Position numbers and translations under genes: made by a program
The notes under the pieces: model-generated
What the model was told of the DNA's origin: nothing
The model's input: only the letters and a program-made list of their open reading frames with translations
Database searches by the model: none
NCBI GenBank assembly: GCA_945874535.1
Contig: CAMCGZ010000001.1
Coordinates: forward strand, 28,471-92,470
Reading direction: 5' to 3'
DNA: 64,000 bases
Source of the DNA: Bdellovibrio sp. ZAP7
GTDB taxonomy: Bacteria; Bdellovibrionota; UBA1018; CAIMNF01
Shown here: in pieces, positions 1 to 9,293 of the stretch
Position numbering within the stretch: the stretch's first letter is position 1
How the letters are laid out: each line of letters begins with the position of its first letter

Positions 1-60
1 CTGCCGTTCGTTGAAGGGCGAAGCACGACCTCCATAATCAGCAAAGCCCAGCTGAAATAA

Positions 61-624
61 TCACTTCTGAGGCGCGTTCTTGTCGAACCATGCCACCGAC
101 ATCAACGACAGACCGAATACGATCCACGCAAAGAACATCGGTCCACGTGGAATATTCGCCTCGTCATAAGCGCGGAAAGCCGGACAAAAGAGGCAAGTGA
201 TGAAAATCCACCCGTATGCACCCCAGGTCAGTCCGATCCCGAAGCGATTGCCCCGATGATTGGTTCCGGTGAAGTGCGCATAGGTGGTTCCGAGCACGAT
301 GGCGAGCGTGAAGAACACCATCAGGCCGACCACGATTCCTGCACCCGAGCCATAAGCCATTGCGGTATTCCCGAGAATCGGAAGTGCCGAGATCCGGAAC
401 GGGGTGGTGATGTCCATGCCTTTGAAGGCGGAGTAGATCATCCCGAATACGAGCATCATCGCTCCGGCAAAAAGTCCTGCGAACACTCCGGCGCGAATCC
501 GCTCGGAACGATAACGGGTCCAGAGCGCGACAACGTTGTACTCGCCGGGAACGGAATCCGGATTAAAATTACGGTCTTTCATATGGTTCATAGGTGGATC
601 CCAATTTAACAAGGATCCACCCAT
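61..624 (-). CDS. Integral membrane protein, unknown function, with several hydrophobic segments. The true start may be an internal Met (MNHMKD/MKDRNF).
   Basis: ORF translation shows 5-6 hydrophobic helices. Same strand as, and 21 nt downstream of, the LysM gene. Confidence 0.4.
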   Translation of the reverse strand: MGGSLLNWDPPMNHMKDRNFNPDSVPGEYNVVALWTRYRSERIRAGVFAGLFAGAMMLVFGMIYSAFKGMDITTPFRISALPILGNTAMAYGSGAGIVVGLMVFFTLAIVLGTTYAHFTGTNHRGNRFGIGLTWGAYGWIFITCLFCPAFRAYDEANIPRGPMFFAWIVFGLSLMSVAWFDKNAPQK

Positions 625-645
625 GATTCCACGGCGAAAACAGAA

Positions 646-1635
646 TTATTTTGTCGAAGCCGGAGCGCGCGCTGCGTCGCCTGACGCTGCTGGAGCCACG
701 GGGGCAACCGCTTGGACTGGAGCCGCTGCCTGAGCCTGCGCCACATCCTTTTCGGCTGGGGTATTCTTGAAGGGAAGGTTCTGTGCCGATCCACCCGGAG
801 CCGCTTCAGGCTCGCCCTGGCGATCCCGCGTCAGACGTGCCTCGGGAACATAATAAAGACTGAAGCCCGCATAGATCTTGTTCGGGTCCTTGATCAACTG
901 GCGATTGTTCTCCCAAAGCTTCTTCCACTTGGCACGGGTTCCGTAAACATCTCCCGAAATCGTACCGAGTGTGTCTCCACGCTTGATCAGATAGCGCTCC
1001 CCGTTTCTTTCGATTGTGACCATACCCGCATCACTGAGGACGATTTTGGTTCCGGGAGGAACGTGGTTCGGATCCTTGATGGCCTTGCGGTTGGCTTCGT
1101 AAATTTCTTTCCAGCGATAGAGATCGCCATAATGCTCGAAAGCGATCTTCATGAGGGTGTCGCCGCGTCTCACACGGTAAGGCTTGCCATCCACCACAGG
1201 TGCGGATTCTGTTTCGGGAGCCGCCTTGGCCACCACCGAAGGTTCAGCCGGAACAGCCTCCTCGACCGGTGCAGGAGCCACAGGCTCGGTTTGGGCAACC
1301 GGAGCTTCGGCAACCGGCGCCTCGGCGACAGGCGCTTCGGCTGGAGGAGCCTCTGCCGGTGGCGCATCGGCTGCGGGAGCCGCGGCCAACGCAGGATCTT
1401 CAGCCACAGGTGAAGCGGCTTCTGCAGCCTTCACTTCTCCTTCCGGAGCCGGAGGCACATCAGCCACCTCGGGTACTGCATCTGTTGGAAGTGCGGAATC
1501 CGCCTCGCCGACTGCCGCAGTCTCGGGCGTATCACCACTGGGCTCATCCACCTGGGATGATGAACACGCGGTCATGGAAATCAATGCCAACAACAGCGCG
1601 GTTACCTTCAGGTGACGAAACTTGAAATAGTCCAT
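646..1635 (-). CDS. Lipoprotein with two LysM peptidoglycan-binding domains and a Pro/Ala-rich repeat linker
   Basis: Signal peptide plus lipobox (LLALISMTAC). Two LysM-like segments (YRVRRGDTLMKIA... and YLIKRGDTLGTIS...). Central (A/P)EAPV repeats. Confidence 0.75.
   Translation of the reverse strand: MDYFKFRHLKVTALLLALISMTACSSSQVDEPSGDTPETAAVGEADSALPTDAVPEVADVPPAPEGEVKAAEAASPVAEDPALAAAPAADAPPAEAPPAEAPVAEAPVAEAPVAQTEPVAPAPVEEAVPAEPSVVAKAAPETESAPVVDGKPYRVRRGDTLMKIAFEHYGDLYRWKEIYEANRKAIKDPNHVPPGTKIVLSDAGMVTIERNGERYLIKRGDTLGTISGDVYGTRAKWKKLWENNRQLIKDPNKIYAGFSLYYVPEARLTRDRQGEPEAAPGGSAQNLPFKNTPAEKDVAQAQAAAPVQAVAPVAPAASGDAARAPASTK
1260..1400 (-). repeat. Imperfect tandem 15-nt / pentapeptide repeats (APPAEAPPAEAPVAEAPVAEAPVA) inside the LysM lipoprotein gene
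   Basis: Direct reading of the sequence: repeated gc(a/g)accgg(a/c)gc(c/t)tcg units. Confidence 0.6.
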
Positions 1636-1707
1636 ACATGGCCTCCATCTTTCGGATCGGCGGGCCTCAAAAAAATCTTGAAAAAAAATAACGTCAGGCG
1701 ACCGGGA

Positions 1708-2391
1708 TTACTTCTTGTAACAGTAACCGACGAACATTTCGGTCCGCTTGTGCTCCGCGTCCACGCGGAAAACCTTGAAGAACAAGTACCCTCTCGAGTC
1801 TTTGCGGATCCAGACTTCCGCAGGGGCTCCGACATCCTGATAAATCCCGAACTTGTTCTCGTTGATCCGGATGATCAGGGAGTTTCCGGACTGATTCAGT
1901 TCAAAAACTTGACGCTTATCATTGGTGAGGTTCTGACTGTTGACCCATCCGTTGTTCTTTCCGATCACCAAACGCTGCTCGACACGATCGGCAGCACCGG
2001 GAAACAGTGGCCCGTAATCCGGCGTCCCCTCGAACGAAACATTCATCTGCCGGATGACAATCTCACTCATCAAATTCGGGTCGGTGGCCTTGGTACTGAA
2101 ACAAATGGTCCGGGGATGCGGCTCATCGAGAAGGTCGAAGTCCGAAAGTCCGGGCCTCAATCTCGCCTCATCAAATGCCTCGGAAACGGCGGCATGCCGG
2201 GTCCTTCCTGCAGCATAAGGTCGAGAATCCTCGTCCTCGAACAGGCTCGAACCGGAGGTCGTCTGCTTGGCGGGTGTTCCGCGAGCCGGAGGAGCCTCCT
2301 CGTCCAAGCTATCCCGGACGGGCGGATCAATCGAGCAAGCCGAAACCGACCCCAACAGGACAGACAGCGCGAGGAACCGACGCAAGTTCAT
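1708..2391 (-). CDS. Putative lipoprotein, unknown function. The start is placed at the internal MNLRRF Met.
   Basis: Signal peptide and lipobox (LLGSVSAC). The ORF extends upstream without a signal peptide, so the start was trimmed to that Met (ATG read on the reverse strand). Confidence 0.5.
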   Translation of the reverse strand: MNLRRFLALSVLLGSVSACSIDPPVRDSLDEEAPPARGTPAKQTTSGSSLFEDEDSRPYAAGRTRHAAVSEAFDEARLRPGLSDFDLLDEPHPRTICFSTKATDPNLMSEIVIRQMNVSFEGTPDYGPLFPGAADRVEQRLVIGKNNGWVNSQNLTNDKRQVFELNQSGNSLIIRINENKFGIYQDVGAPAEVWIRKDSRGYLFFKVFRVDAEHKRTEMFVGYCYKK

Positions 2392-2411
2392 GGTTCTATT
2401 GAAACAAAGTT

Positions 2412-3056
2412 TCAACGGGAAAGAAAGAGGTCTTGCTGATCGAGGGAATCCAACACCCGATTGCAGATCACCTGGAAGTGGTCGGGGTTCGCGACAAAAT
2501 CGAGATCGTCGCTTTCGATCACCAACTTCTTCCCGATATCGTAGTGAGCGATCCATTCATCGTAGTAACGATTCAGGTTGGCCAGATAATCTTCGGGCAT
2601 ATCCTGCTCGTAATCCCGACCGCGCTTCTTGATCTGCTCCCGCAAACGCGGCAAGGACTTACGCAAATAGATCATCAAACCGGGGGGCTGGAGCGACCCG
2701 GTGATCACCCGGTAAACCTGGAGGTAGTTCTGATAGTCACGCTCTTCCATCAGCCCCTGCTCATACAGGTTCCGGGCGAAGATATTGGCATCCTCATAGA
2801 TGGTGCGGTCCTGAATGGCCGAGGAAGTGCCATCGGTAATGTCCTGATGAGCCCTGACTCGGTGGGTCATGAAGTAAATCTGGAGTGGAAAGCTCCACCT
2901 TTTCATGTCGGTATAGAAGTCTGCCAGATAAGGATTATCGGTGACTGACTCAAAGTGGGCGTCCCAAGCAAAATGCTTGGCCAGCATCGTGGTGAGCGTG
3001 GTTTTACCCGTACCGATGTTCCCTGCGACTGCGATAAAAATCTTTTGATTGGTCAC
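2412..3056 (-). CDS. Deoxynucleoside kinase (dAK/dGK/dCK family)
   Basis: P-loop AVAGNIGTGKTT at the N-terminus. The overall motif pattern and the ~214 aa length are typical of bacterial deoxynucleoside kinases. Confidence 0.8.
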   Translation of the reverse strand: MTNQKIFIAVAGNIGTGKTTLTTMLAKHFAWDAHFESVTDNPYLADFYTDMKRWSFPLQIYFMTHRVRAHQDITDGTSSAIQDRTIYEDANIFARNLYEQGLMEERDYQNYLQVYRVITGSLQPPGLMIYLRKSLPRLREQIKKRGRDYEQDMPEDYLANLNRYYDEWIAHYDIGKKLVIESDDLDFVANPDHFQVICNRVLDSLDQQDLFLSR

Positions 3057-3228
3057 GGACCCCGTCCTCCCCTGGGCTGAATTGGAAAATTAGGCCGGGC
3101 GGGGCATTCTGTCCAGTGGGTCCGTGGGAGCGGGGCGTTTTTTCTCAGCCTGACGCGGTGCATGCGTGTTGACTTCCTGCCCCACTCCCCATAAATAGTG
3201 CTTCGCTTTAAATCCCACGGAGGTGTCC

Positions 3229-3615
3229 ATGAGTCCCAAAACTGTCATGCAACTGAAGTCCGAACTCCTGATCAAAAAGAACCAGCTGATGAATTTGCAG
3301 ATCCTGAACAAGCAGGCCGCCGTGGAAGACGAGTCCTCGATGAAAGACGTGATCGACCGCTCGGACTCGGAAGAGGCTTGGCACGCCAAAGAGCGGATGA
3401 GCATGCACCTCAAGACCGAACTCAAGCAGATCGACCTCTCCTTGCAGCGCATCGAAGCCGGAACCTTCGGAGACTGCGAGGACTGTGGAGTCGAGATTCC
3501 CGTGAAGCGCCTGCGCGTCAGACCCGACGCCACGCTCTGCCTGAATTGCCAGGAGGCATTCGAAAAAGAATCAGCGGGTACCCGCGGCGGTCAATCCGGC
3601 CAGCTCCTTCACTAA
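3229..3615 (+). CDS. DksA/TraR-family C4 zinc-finger protein (lacks a canonical DxxDxA coiled-coil tip)
   Basis: C-terminal CEDCGVEIPVKRLRVRPDATLCLNCQ (CxxC-N17-CxxC). Coiled-coil N-terminus. GGAGG Shine-Dalgarno 5 nt before the ATG at 3229; the ORF-track start at 3223 is GTG. Confidence 0.7.
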   Translation: MSPKTVMQLKSELLIKKNQLMNLQILNKQAAVEDESSMKDVIDRSDSEEAWHAKERMSMHLKTELKQIDLSLQRIEAGTFGDCEDCGVEIPVKRLRVRPDATLCLNCQEAFEKESAGTRGGQSGQLLH

Positions 3616-4476
3616 GTCATCGTAGCGGAGGAACCCGCTCCACGGGCGCTGTCCTTCCCGCTCCATCCTGGTTTCAAACAAGGTCCGGTCTTTGAGATGC
3701 TTCTCGAGCCGGGCCTTTATTTTTTTGCGGAGATCATCTGGCAACCCCGTTGCGTTCATTCCGCGAATCAGCGGGAGCACCCAATCCGGCTTTTGGTCCA
3801 TCCATTGACGCAACAATCCCCTGAGTTCGGGGCCACGGCCCGTCTTGACCAGATACTCGGCATAAAATGCCGCAGGAACCTCTTCCGTCAGACATTCGCT
3901 CTTGGACGCAACTCCGGATCGGTAATCTTCGGCAGGCGTGAAAGCATCGGCCACCAGAAGCTTGAGCCCATAGACCCTGAGCTCCCGGCTCATCGCCCCC
4001 AGTGACCTGGCCTCCAACCAGCGGGTTTTGGCCTGGTCTTTTCGTCCGAGAACCAATTCGGCATGAATCAGCCGGGTGAGTACCAGTACATGACCGGACT
4101 CACGCGCGTGGGCTTGGGCGAATCGCTCCTGAGCATCCTGAAACCGCCCGAGTCCGAGCCAACGCATCCCCTCGTAATACAGATCTGCGGTCTCTTGCGA
4201 GAAAAACGTGGTCTGCGCGATCTGATGGAGTGATTTTGCGCGCTCGTCCCGAAACCAGGCGCCGGCAACCTTCAGCGCCTCCGCCCGACGCTCCAAAGCC
4301 AGATAGGCGCGAGCCAACTCTAGATCCTGTTCAATATTTTGACCTCGCTTGGGCTCGAGCGTGCGGACCACACCCGCCCAATCCTGGACCCGGAGAGCAT
4401 TGGCCCGGGACTCGGAGAACCCCGCGAGAATACAGAGAAAAAGACCGAGCAAAAGAATGGAAGCTTTCATGGGCAT
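3571..4476 (-). CDS. Secreted alpha-helical (TPR-like) protein, unknown function
   Basis: N-terminal signal peptide (ILLLGLFLCILAGFS). Alpha-helical repeat composition. Confidence 0.45.
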   Translation of the reverse strand: MPMKASILLLGLFLCILAGFSESRANALRVQDWAGVVRTLEPKRGQNIEQDLELARAYLALERRAEALKVAGAWFRDERAKSLHQIAQTTFFSQETADLYYEGMRWLGLGRFQDAQERFAQAHARESGHVLVLTRLIHAELVLGRKDQAKTRWLEARSLGAMSRELRVYGLKLLVADAFTPAEDYRSGVASKSECLTEEVPAAFYAEYLVKTGRGPELRGLLRQWMDQKPDWVLPLIRGMNATGLPDDLRKKIKARLEKHLKDRTLFETRMEREGQRPWSGFLRYDDLVKELAGLTAAGTR

Positions 4477-4496
4477 GGATTACACTCTAGGACAGT

Positions 4497-5687
4497 GTGA
4501 GGACAATGCACCTGATCCGTCAAAGCTTGTTTTTGCTGTTCTTTTCATGGATGCAGGCCCACGCGGAGCTGCTACCGGAAATCGAAGCCGCAGTCTCTCA
4601 CATCATTCCCACCGAGATGAGCAAGAGCGGAAGAGTTTACCGCTTCAAGATCAAAGATGGAGAAGCACCCAGGACAGGAAGCATCATCCTGGTCCAACAC
4701 CGGAGCAAGCCGATCATGGCCTTCCGGGTTCTCAAGACCGAGGATGACGAAACCGGCTTTGTCGGCAAGCGCGTTCGCCGTTACGACACCGAAAGAGAAT
4801 TGAAGCTCCAGGAGGAGTACCTTTCGGCCGAAAAAGTCGCGAATCTCTTCGCGCCTCCTCCGATTGAAAACCGCTTCAATCCGGACGCGAAACCCGAGCT
4901 CGACCCGATCGGCGGAAAAGATTTGAATCCTCCGAGCAAAGATACCCAATTCAAGCTCGATCCGGACGCGCCTCCTTTGCTGGGCGACGGCGGGCCGACC
5001 CAGGGGTCGGGGCCGAAGAACGCCTCCTCCGGCGACTCCCGCGATATCAATCAATTCGACTCGGATCTGGATTACGGAACCTCACCCCGCAACCTGAAGC
5101 GCAGGGGCGACGAGGACGAGGGCGCACCCGAGCCTGACGACGGCAGCGACGAAGATTCGGAATCCGTGATCGAGGAAACCAAAATTTTCAATCCGTACCG
5201 GCACATGATCGGAGCGACGATCGGCAGCTTCCGTAACATGTCCTCATTCTCGATTCCCGGTGATACCCATTACGGATTCTCTCTTTGGTACAATCGCGTG
5301 ATTCAAAAGGGAGTCTGGATCTACAACCGGAAACTCCAGGACAGCCTTGCGATCGAGGGCGGGATCACTCATTACTCCCGTGTGAATTACACCGGGAACA
5401 ATGACGGCTACGACCTCCTGCCCTTCAAGGCCGAAATGGTCTACTCCCTCCATGTCAGTGAAAAGCTCGCTTTCCTCGCTCATGCAGGGTTGCAGTACAA
5501 TTGGATCTATTCGACCGATAACGTCAACCCGAACACCTTCCCGGCCCAAAGGCGTGCTCTCGACAGCCTTGCAGGAATCCAGCCCAATCTGGGGGCCGGC
5601 GTACTTTATCACATCGGACCCCAATGGTTCCTGCGCGCAGACGTCGGCCTAGATCGGCTCGCAATCGGCTTGGCGGTTAAATGGTGA
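4497..5687 (+). CDS. Secreted protein with an acidic low-complexity middle region and a C-terminal beta-barrel-like domain (possible outer-membrane protein)
   Basis: Signal peptide. D/E-rich segment. C-terminal alternating aromatic/hydrophilic beta-strand pattern ending ...GLAVKW. Confidence 0.4.
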   Translation: MRTMHLIRQSLFLLFFSWMQAHAELLPEIEAAVSHIIPTEMSKSGRVYRFKIKDGEAPRTGSIILVQHRSKPIMAFRVLKTEDDETGFVGKRVRRYDTERELKLQEEYLSAEKVANLFAPPPIENRFNPDAKPELDPIGGKDLNPPSKDTQFKLDPDAPPLLGDGGPTQGSGPKNASSGDSRDINQFDSDLDYGTSPRNLKRRGDEDEGAPEPDDGSDEDSESVIEETKIFNPYRHMIGATIGSFRNMSSFSIPGDTHYGFSLWYNRVIQKGVWIYNRKLQDSLAIEGGITHYSRVNYTGNNDGYDLLPFKAEMVYSLHVSEKLAFLAHAGLQYNWIYSTDNVNPNTFPAQRRALDSLAGIQPNLGAGVLYHIGPQWFLRADVGLDRLAIGLAVKW

Positions 5688-5811
5688 TTCTACTGATCGC
5701 ACTCCTGATTCTCGCTCCGGCCTGTGGTGTGAAAAAATCACCCATGCCACTCTTCGCCCATCCTTCGGCGGAGCCCGTAACCAGCCCCACCCCGAATGGA
5801 AGGGACTCCCG

Positions 5812-6993
5812 ATGAAACGCACACCCGCACCCGCTCTTTACCGGCTTTTTGCCATTTGTCCCGGGGGTCTGGATGAAGTCCTGAAAAAGGAAATCGAAAA
5901 ACTCCCCGCAACCGTGACCCACGCCTACCCGGGCGGAATCGAGTTCGAAGGAACCCTCGAAACCGCTTACCTCGCGACACTGAAGTTGCGAACCGCCTCC
6001 CGGGTGCTGCTCCTGCTCGGATCGCACAAGAAGATTTTCAAACCCGAAGAGCTGTATTCGACCATCCGCTCTTACGATTGGGACCAGCACTTCTCCTTGG
6101 ACGGTACCTTCGCGATCTTCCTGACGGAGAGTCACACCAAGGAGCGGAGAATTCCGGTGAATCCACAGTTCTGGGCCCTGAAGGCCAAAGACGCCGTGGC
6201 TGATTATTTTTTGCAGAAGCACGGGACGCGTCCGAATGTCGACCGGAAGGATCCCGATATCGCCATCCGGATGCACCTCCACGACCAGATTCTGAAGGTT
6301 TATCTCGATCTTTCGGGCCCGAGTCTCCACGAACGCGGATATCGCCGATCGAGCGTGGAAGCACCGATCAAGGAGAACCTGGCCGCAGGACTTCTCCTGC
6401 TCTCGGACTGGCAATACACCTGCAACGAAGGCCTCGGATTCCTGGACCCATTTTGTGGCTCGGGAACCCTTCTGGTCGAGGCCGCGCTGATCGCCACCCG
6501 GACCGCTCCGGGCCTGCTCAGGTCCCGCTTCGGATTCTTCGGCTGGAAGGACCACGATCCTGACCTCTTTGAACAGGTTCATGCCCGACTGAAAGGCGAA
6601 AGAATTCTCGACCCGGCCAAGCTGCCTCTCATGGTGGGATGTGACCGCGAAAAGGAGGCCGTGCAGGCCACCCGCGCGAATCTGGAGGCCGCAGGAATGG
6701 CCGATTTTGTCAGGCTGAAAGTCAATAGCTTCCAGGACACCACGGCATTCCAGGAAAAGGGACTGATCGTGATGAACCCTCCGTATGGAATCCGGCTCGA
6801 GGAGGTCGAAGGCCTGCGGGAAACCTACCGCGCCATCGGCTCCACCCTGAAGCACAAATACCCGGGATGGTGGGCGGGCGTCATCACCTCCGAGAAGACT
6901 TTGATGCACTCCATCGGCCTCAAGCCCGAGAAAAAGTGGCCCCTGCACAACGGGGGCCTCGAGTCCCAGTTCTCGCTCTTCAAAATGTACTGA
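5812..6993 (+). CDS. THUMP-domain class I SAM-dependent RNA (m2G/m6A) methyltransferase, RlmL N-terminal-like / COG0116
   Basis: VMNPPYGIRL catalytic motif. GSGTLLVEAA SAM-binding motif. N-terminal THUMP-like region. Confidence 0.8.
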   Translation: MKRTPAPALYRLFAICPGGLDEVLKKEIEKLPATVTHAYPGGIEFEGTLETAYLATLKLRTASRVLLLLGSHKKIFKPEELYSTIRSYDWDQHFSLDGTFAIFLTESHTKERRIPVNPQFWALKAKDAVADYFLQKHGTRPNVDRKDPDIAIRMHLHDQILKVYLDLSGPSLHERGYRRSSVEAPIKENLAAGLLLLSDWQYTCNEGLGFLDPFCGSGTLLVEAALIATRTAPGLLRSRFGFFGWKDHDPDLFEQVHARLKGERILDPAKLPLMVGCDREKEAVQATRANLEAAGMADFVRLKVNSFQDTTAFQEKGLIVMNPPYGIRLEEVEGLRETYRAIGSTLKHKYPGWWAGVITSEKTLMHSIGLKPEKKWPLHNGGLESQFSLFKMY

Positions 6994-7067
6994 AAAATGT
7001 ACCGTTTCGGCGTTGAATTAGTCCCCTGCAGGTGGAAAAATGCGGTAAACCACTTCCGGAGGAATTC

Positions 7068-9293
7068 ATGGCCGACACAGGATCTTTACCCCGCTTTCAA
7101 GCTCTTCAAACCGTGACCACACGTAACCCCGGGAAGGTGACCCTCCCCACGGACGATAACGGAAACCTGCTGAAGGTTTCCGACTACTTCGGCATGAACA
7201 CCTTCAGCCTGAAGCAGATGAAAGACAAGCTGCCGAGCGATATCTTCAAGCGCTTCGTCGCCTCCACTCAAGCCGGAAAGAAGCTCGATATCGAGGTGGC
7301 CAACGCCCTCGCGCACGCCATGAAAGAGTGGGCGATGGAGAACGGCATCACGCACTACTGCCACTGGTTTCAACCCCAGACCGGCACCACCGCTGAGAAA
7401 CACGATTCCTTCCTCACCCTCGACAGCGCAGGCAATGCGCTTGAGCGGTTCTCGGGAGCCCAGCTGATCCAATCCGAGCCGGATGCATCGAGCTTTCCTT
7501 CCGGAGGGATGCGCACCACTTTCGAGGCGCGCGGTTATGCGGCATGGGATCCCACTTCTCCGATCTTCTTCGCTGAAATCGGCGGAACCCGTACCCTTTG
7601 CATTCCCTCGGTCTTTATCAGTTACCACGGCGACGCCCTCGACGAAAAAACGGGGCTTCTCCGGAGCAACGAGGCCCTGGCTGCCAGCACTCTCAAGCTG
7701 CTTCACCTGATCGGCGATACCGATGCCCGTCATGTCACCTCGACTCTCGGACCGGAGCAGGAGTATTTTCTGATCGATCGGGCTTTTTACACGCTCCGTC
7801 CGGATCTGATCATGTCCGGCCGGACCCTCCTCGGCGCCCACCCTCCGAAAGGTCAGCAGCTCGAAGATCATTACTTCGGGAGCATTCCGGCACGCGTCCT
7901 CGCTTACATGAGCGAAGTCGAGAGCGAACTCTTCAAGCTCGGAGTCCCGGCGAAAACCCGCCACAACGAAGTGGCGCCGATGCAGTTCGAGACGGCTCCG
8001 ATTTTTGAAGAAGCGAACGTGGCCATCGACCACAACCATCTCACCATGGAAGTGCTCAAGCGCGTGGCCAAGAAGCACCAATTCGAGGCCCTGTTGCACG
8101 AGAAACCCTTCGCTGGAGTGAACGGCAGCGGCAAACACAACAACTGGTCGATGATGGTCACTGAAGGCGGGCCCGAGCTGCAAGGGATGAATCTGCTCGA
8201 TCCGGGCAAGACCCCCCACCAGAACCTTCGCTTCCTTCTGATTCTGATGGCCACACTGAAGGGTGTTCACCAGCACGCAGGACTCCTCCGTGCCGCCATC
8301 GCATCGAGCGGAAACGATCACCGCCTTGGCGCAAACGAAGCGCCTCCTGCGATCATTTCGGTATTCCTCGGAAACATGCTCGACAACATGTTGAACGAGA
8401 TCGAAAAAGACGCTCACAAAGGGCTCAGCTACACGGAAGCCGTGATCAAGCTGGGGGTGAGCCGTCTTCCAACCGTGATGAAAGACAATACCGATCGCAA
8501 CCGGACTTCGCCGTTTGCCTTCACTGGCAATAAGTTCGAATTCCGCGCGGTGGGCGCTTCAGCATCGTGCTCTTTCCCGGTCACCTTGCTCAACTGCGCT
8601 GTTGCCGATGGGATCAATGAGATCACCACCGCACTCGAAGCCCGACTCAAAACCACGAAGTCGGTCGAAGAGGCCATCTTCTCTGTGGTGAAAGAAGTGA
8701 TTCGCGAGACCAAGTCGATCCGTTTCGAAGGAAACGGTTACTCGGGTGAATGGGTGGTCGAAGCCGAGAAGCGCGGGCTTCCGCATCTGAAGACCACTCC
8801 ACAGGCGCTTCATGAGATTGTCAGCCCGAAATCACTCGCACTGCTGACAGGACTCGGAGTGTTCTCGGCAGAAGAAGTGAAGTCGAGATTCCATGTCCGG
8901 ATCGAGATTTACAATAAAAAGGTGATGATCGAAGCCGAGACACTCGAAACCATCGTAGAAACCCAGATCCTTCCCGCCGCCTACCAATACTCGACCGTAC
9001 TGGCAGAAGGTGTTGCTGCAGCCAAGGCCATCGGCCTGAAGGCTCCGCAAGAAGAAGTTCTGGTACGACTCTACCAGACGCTGTCATCCGCCCAGGCCGA
9101 GCTGAAGAAACTCGACCGCACACTGGGGCAGATCCGCTCCAACGATAGCGAAGAGGCCAAAGCCGATCTCATCGCCGGTGACCTCAAGCCGGTGATGGAC
9201 TCGCTCCGGAAGGAATGCGACCAGCTCGAGAACATGGTGGCAGACGGCTACTGGCCCCTGCCCAAGTACCGCGAAATCCTGTTCTTATCCTGA
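7068..9293 (+). CDS. glnN: Glutamine synthetase type III (GlnN)
   Basis: ~740 aa. The N-terminus (RFQALQTVTTRNPGKV...) and length match the GS-III family. Start taken at the ATG (MADTGSL); the GTG at 7032 is unlikely. Confidence 0.85.
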   Translation: MADTGSLPRFQALQTVTTRNPGKVTLPTDDNGNLLKVSDYFGMNTFSLKQMKDKLPSDIFKRFVASTQAGKKLDIEVANALAHAMKEWAMENGITHYCHWFQPQTGTTAEKHDSFLTLDSAGNALERFSGAQLIQSEPDASSFPSGGMRTTFEARGYAAWDPTSPIFFAEIGGTRTLCIPSVFISYHGDALDEKTGLLRSNEALAASTLKLLHLIGDTDARHVTSTLGPEQEYFLIDRAFYTLRPDLIMSGRTLLGAHPPKGQQLEDHYFGSIPARVLAYMSEVESELFKLGVPAKTRHNEVAPMQFETAPIFEEANVAIDHNHLTMEVLKRVAKKHQFEALLHEKPFAGVNGSGKHNNWSMMVTEGGPELQGMNLLDPGKTPHQNLRFLLILMATLKGVHQHAGLLRAAIASSGNDHRLGANEAPPAIISVFLGNMLDNMLNEIEKDAHKGLSYTEAVIKLGVSRLPTVMKDNTDRNRTSPFAFTGNKFEFRAVGASASCSFPVTLLNCAVADGINEITTALEARLKTTKSVEEAIFSVVKEVIRETKSIRFEGNGYSGEWVVEAEKRGLPHLKTTPQALHEIVSPKSLALLTGLGVFSAEEVKSRFHVRIEIYNKKVMIEAETLETIVETQILPAAYQYSTVLAEGVAAAKAIGLKAPQEEVLVRLYQTLSSAQAELKKLDRTLGQIRSNDSEEAKADLIAGDLKPVMDSLRKECDQLENMVADGYWPLPKYREILFLS

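Noticed and set aside
7030-7067. Possible sigma-54 -24/-12 element (TGGaaaaaTGC) upstream of glnN
   Set aside because: The spacing between GG and GC is about 6 nt, not 10. It does not fit the TGGCAC-N5-TTGCW consensus.
7086-8417. 443-aa antisense ORF inside glnN. Similar long antisense ORFs occur inside pckG (18540-19928), the RCC1 gene (13019-13801), the M20-like gene and the Fe-S oxidoreductase gene.
   Set aside because: These are typical stop-codon-poor antisense frames of high-GC DNA. Their composition is Arg/Gly/His-rich with no motifs, and the opposing genes are strongly supported.
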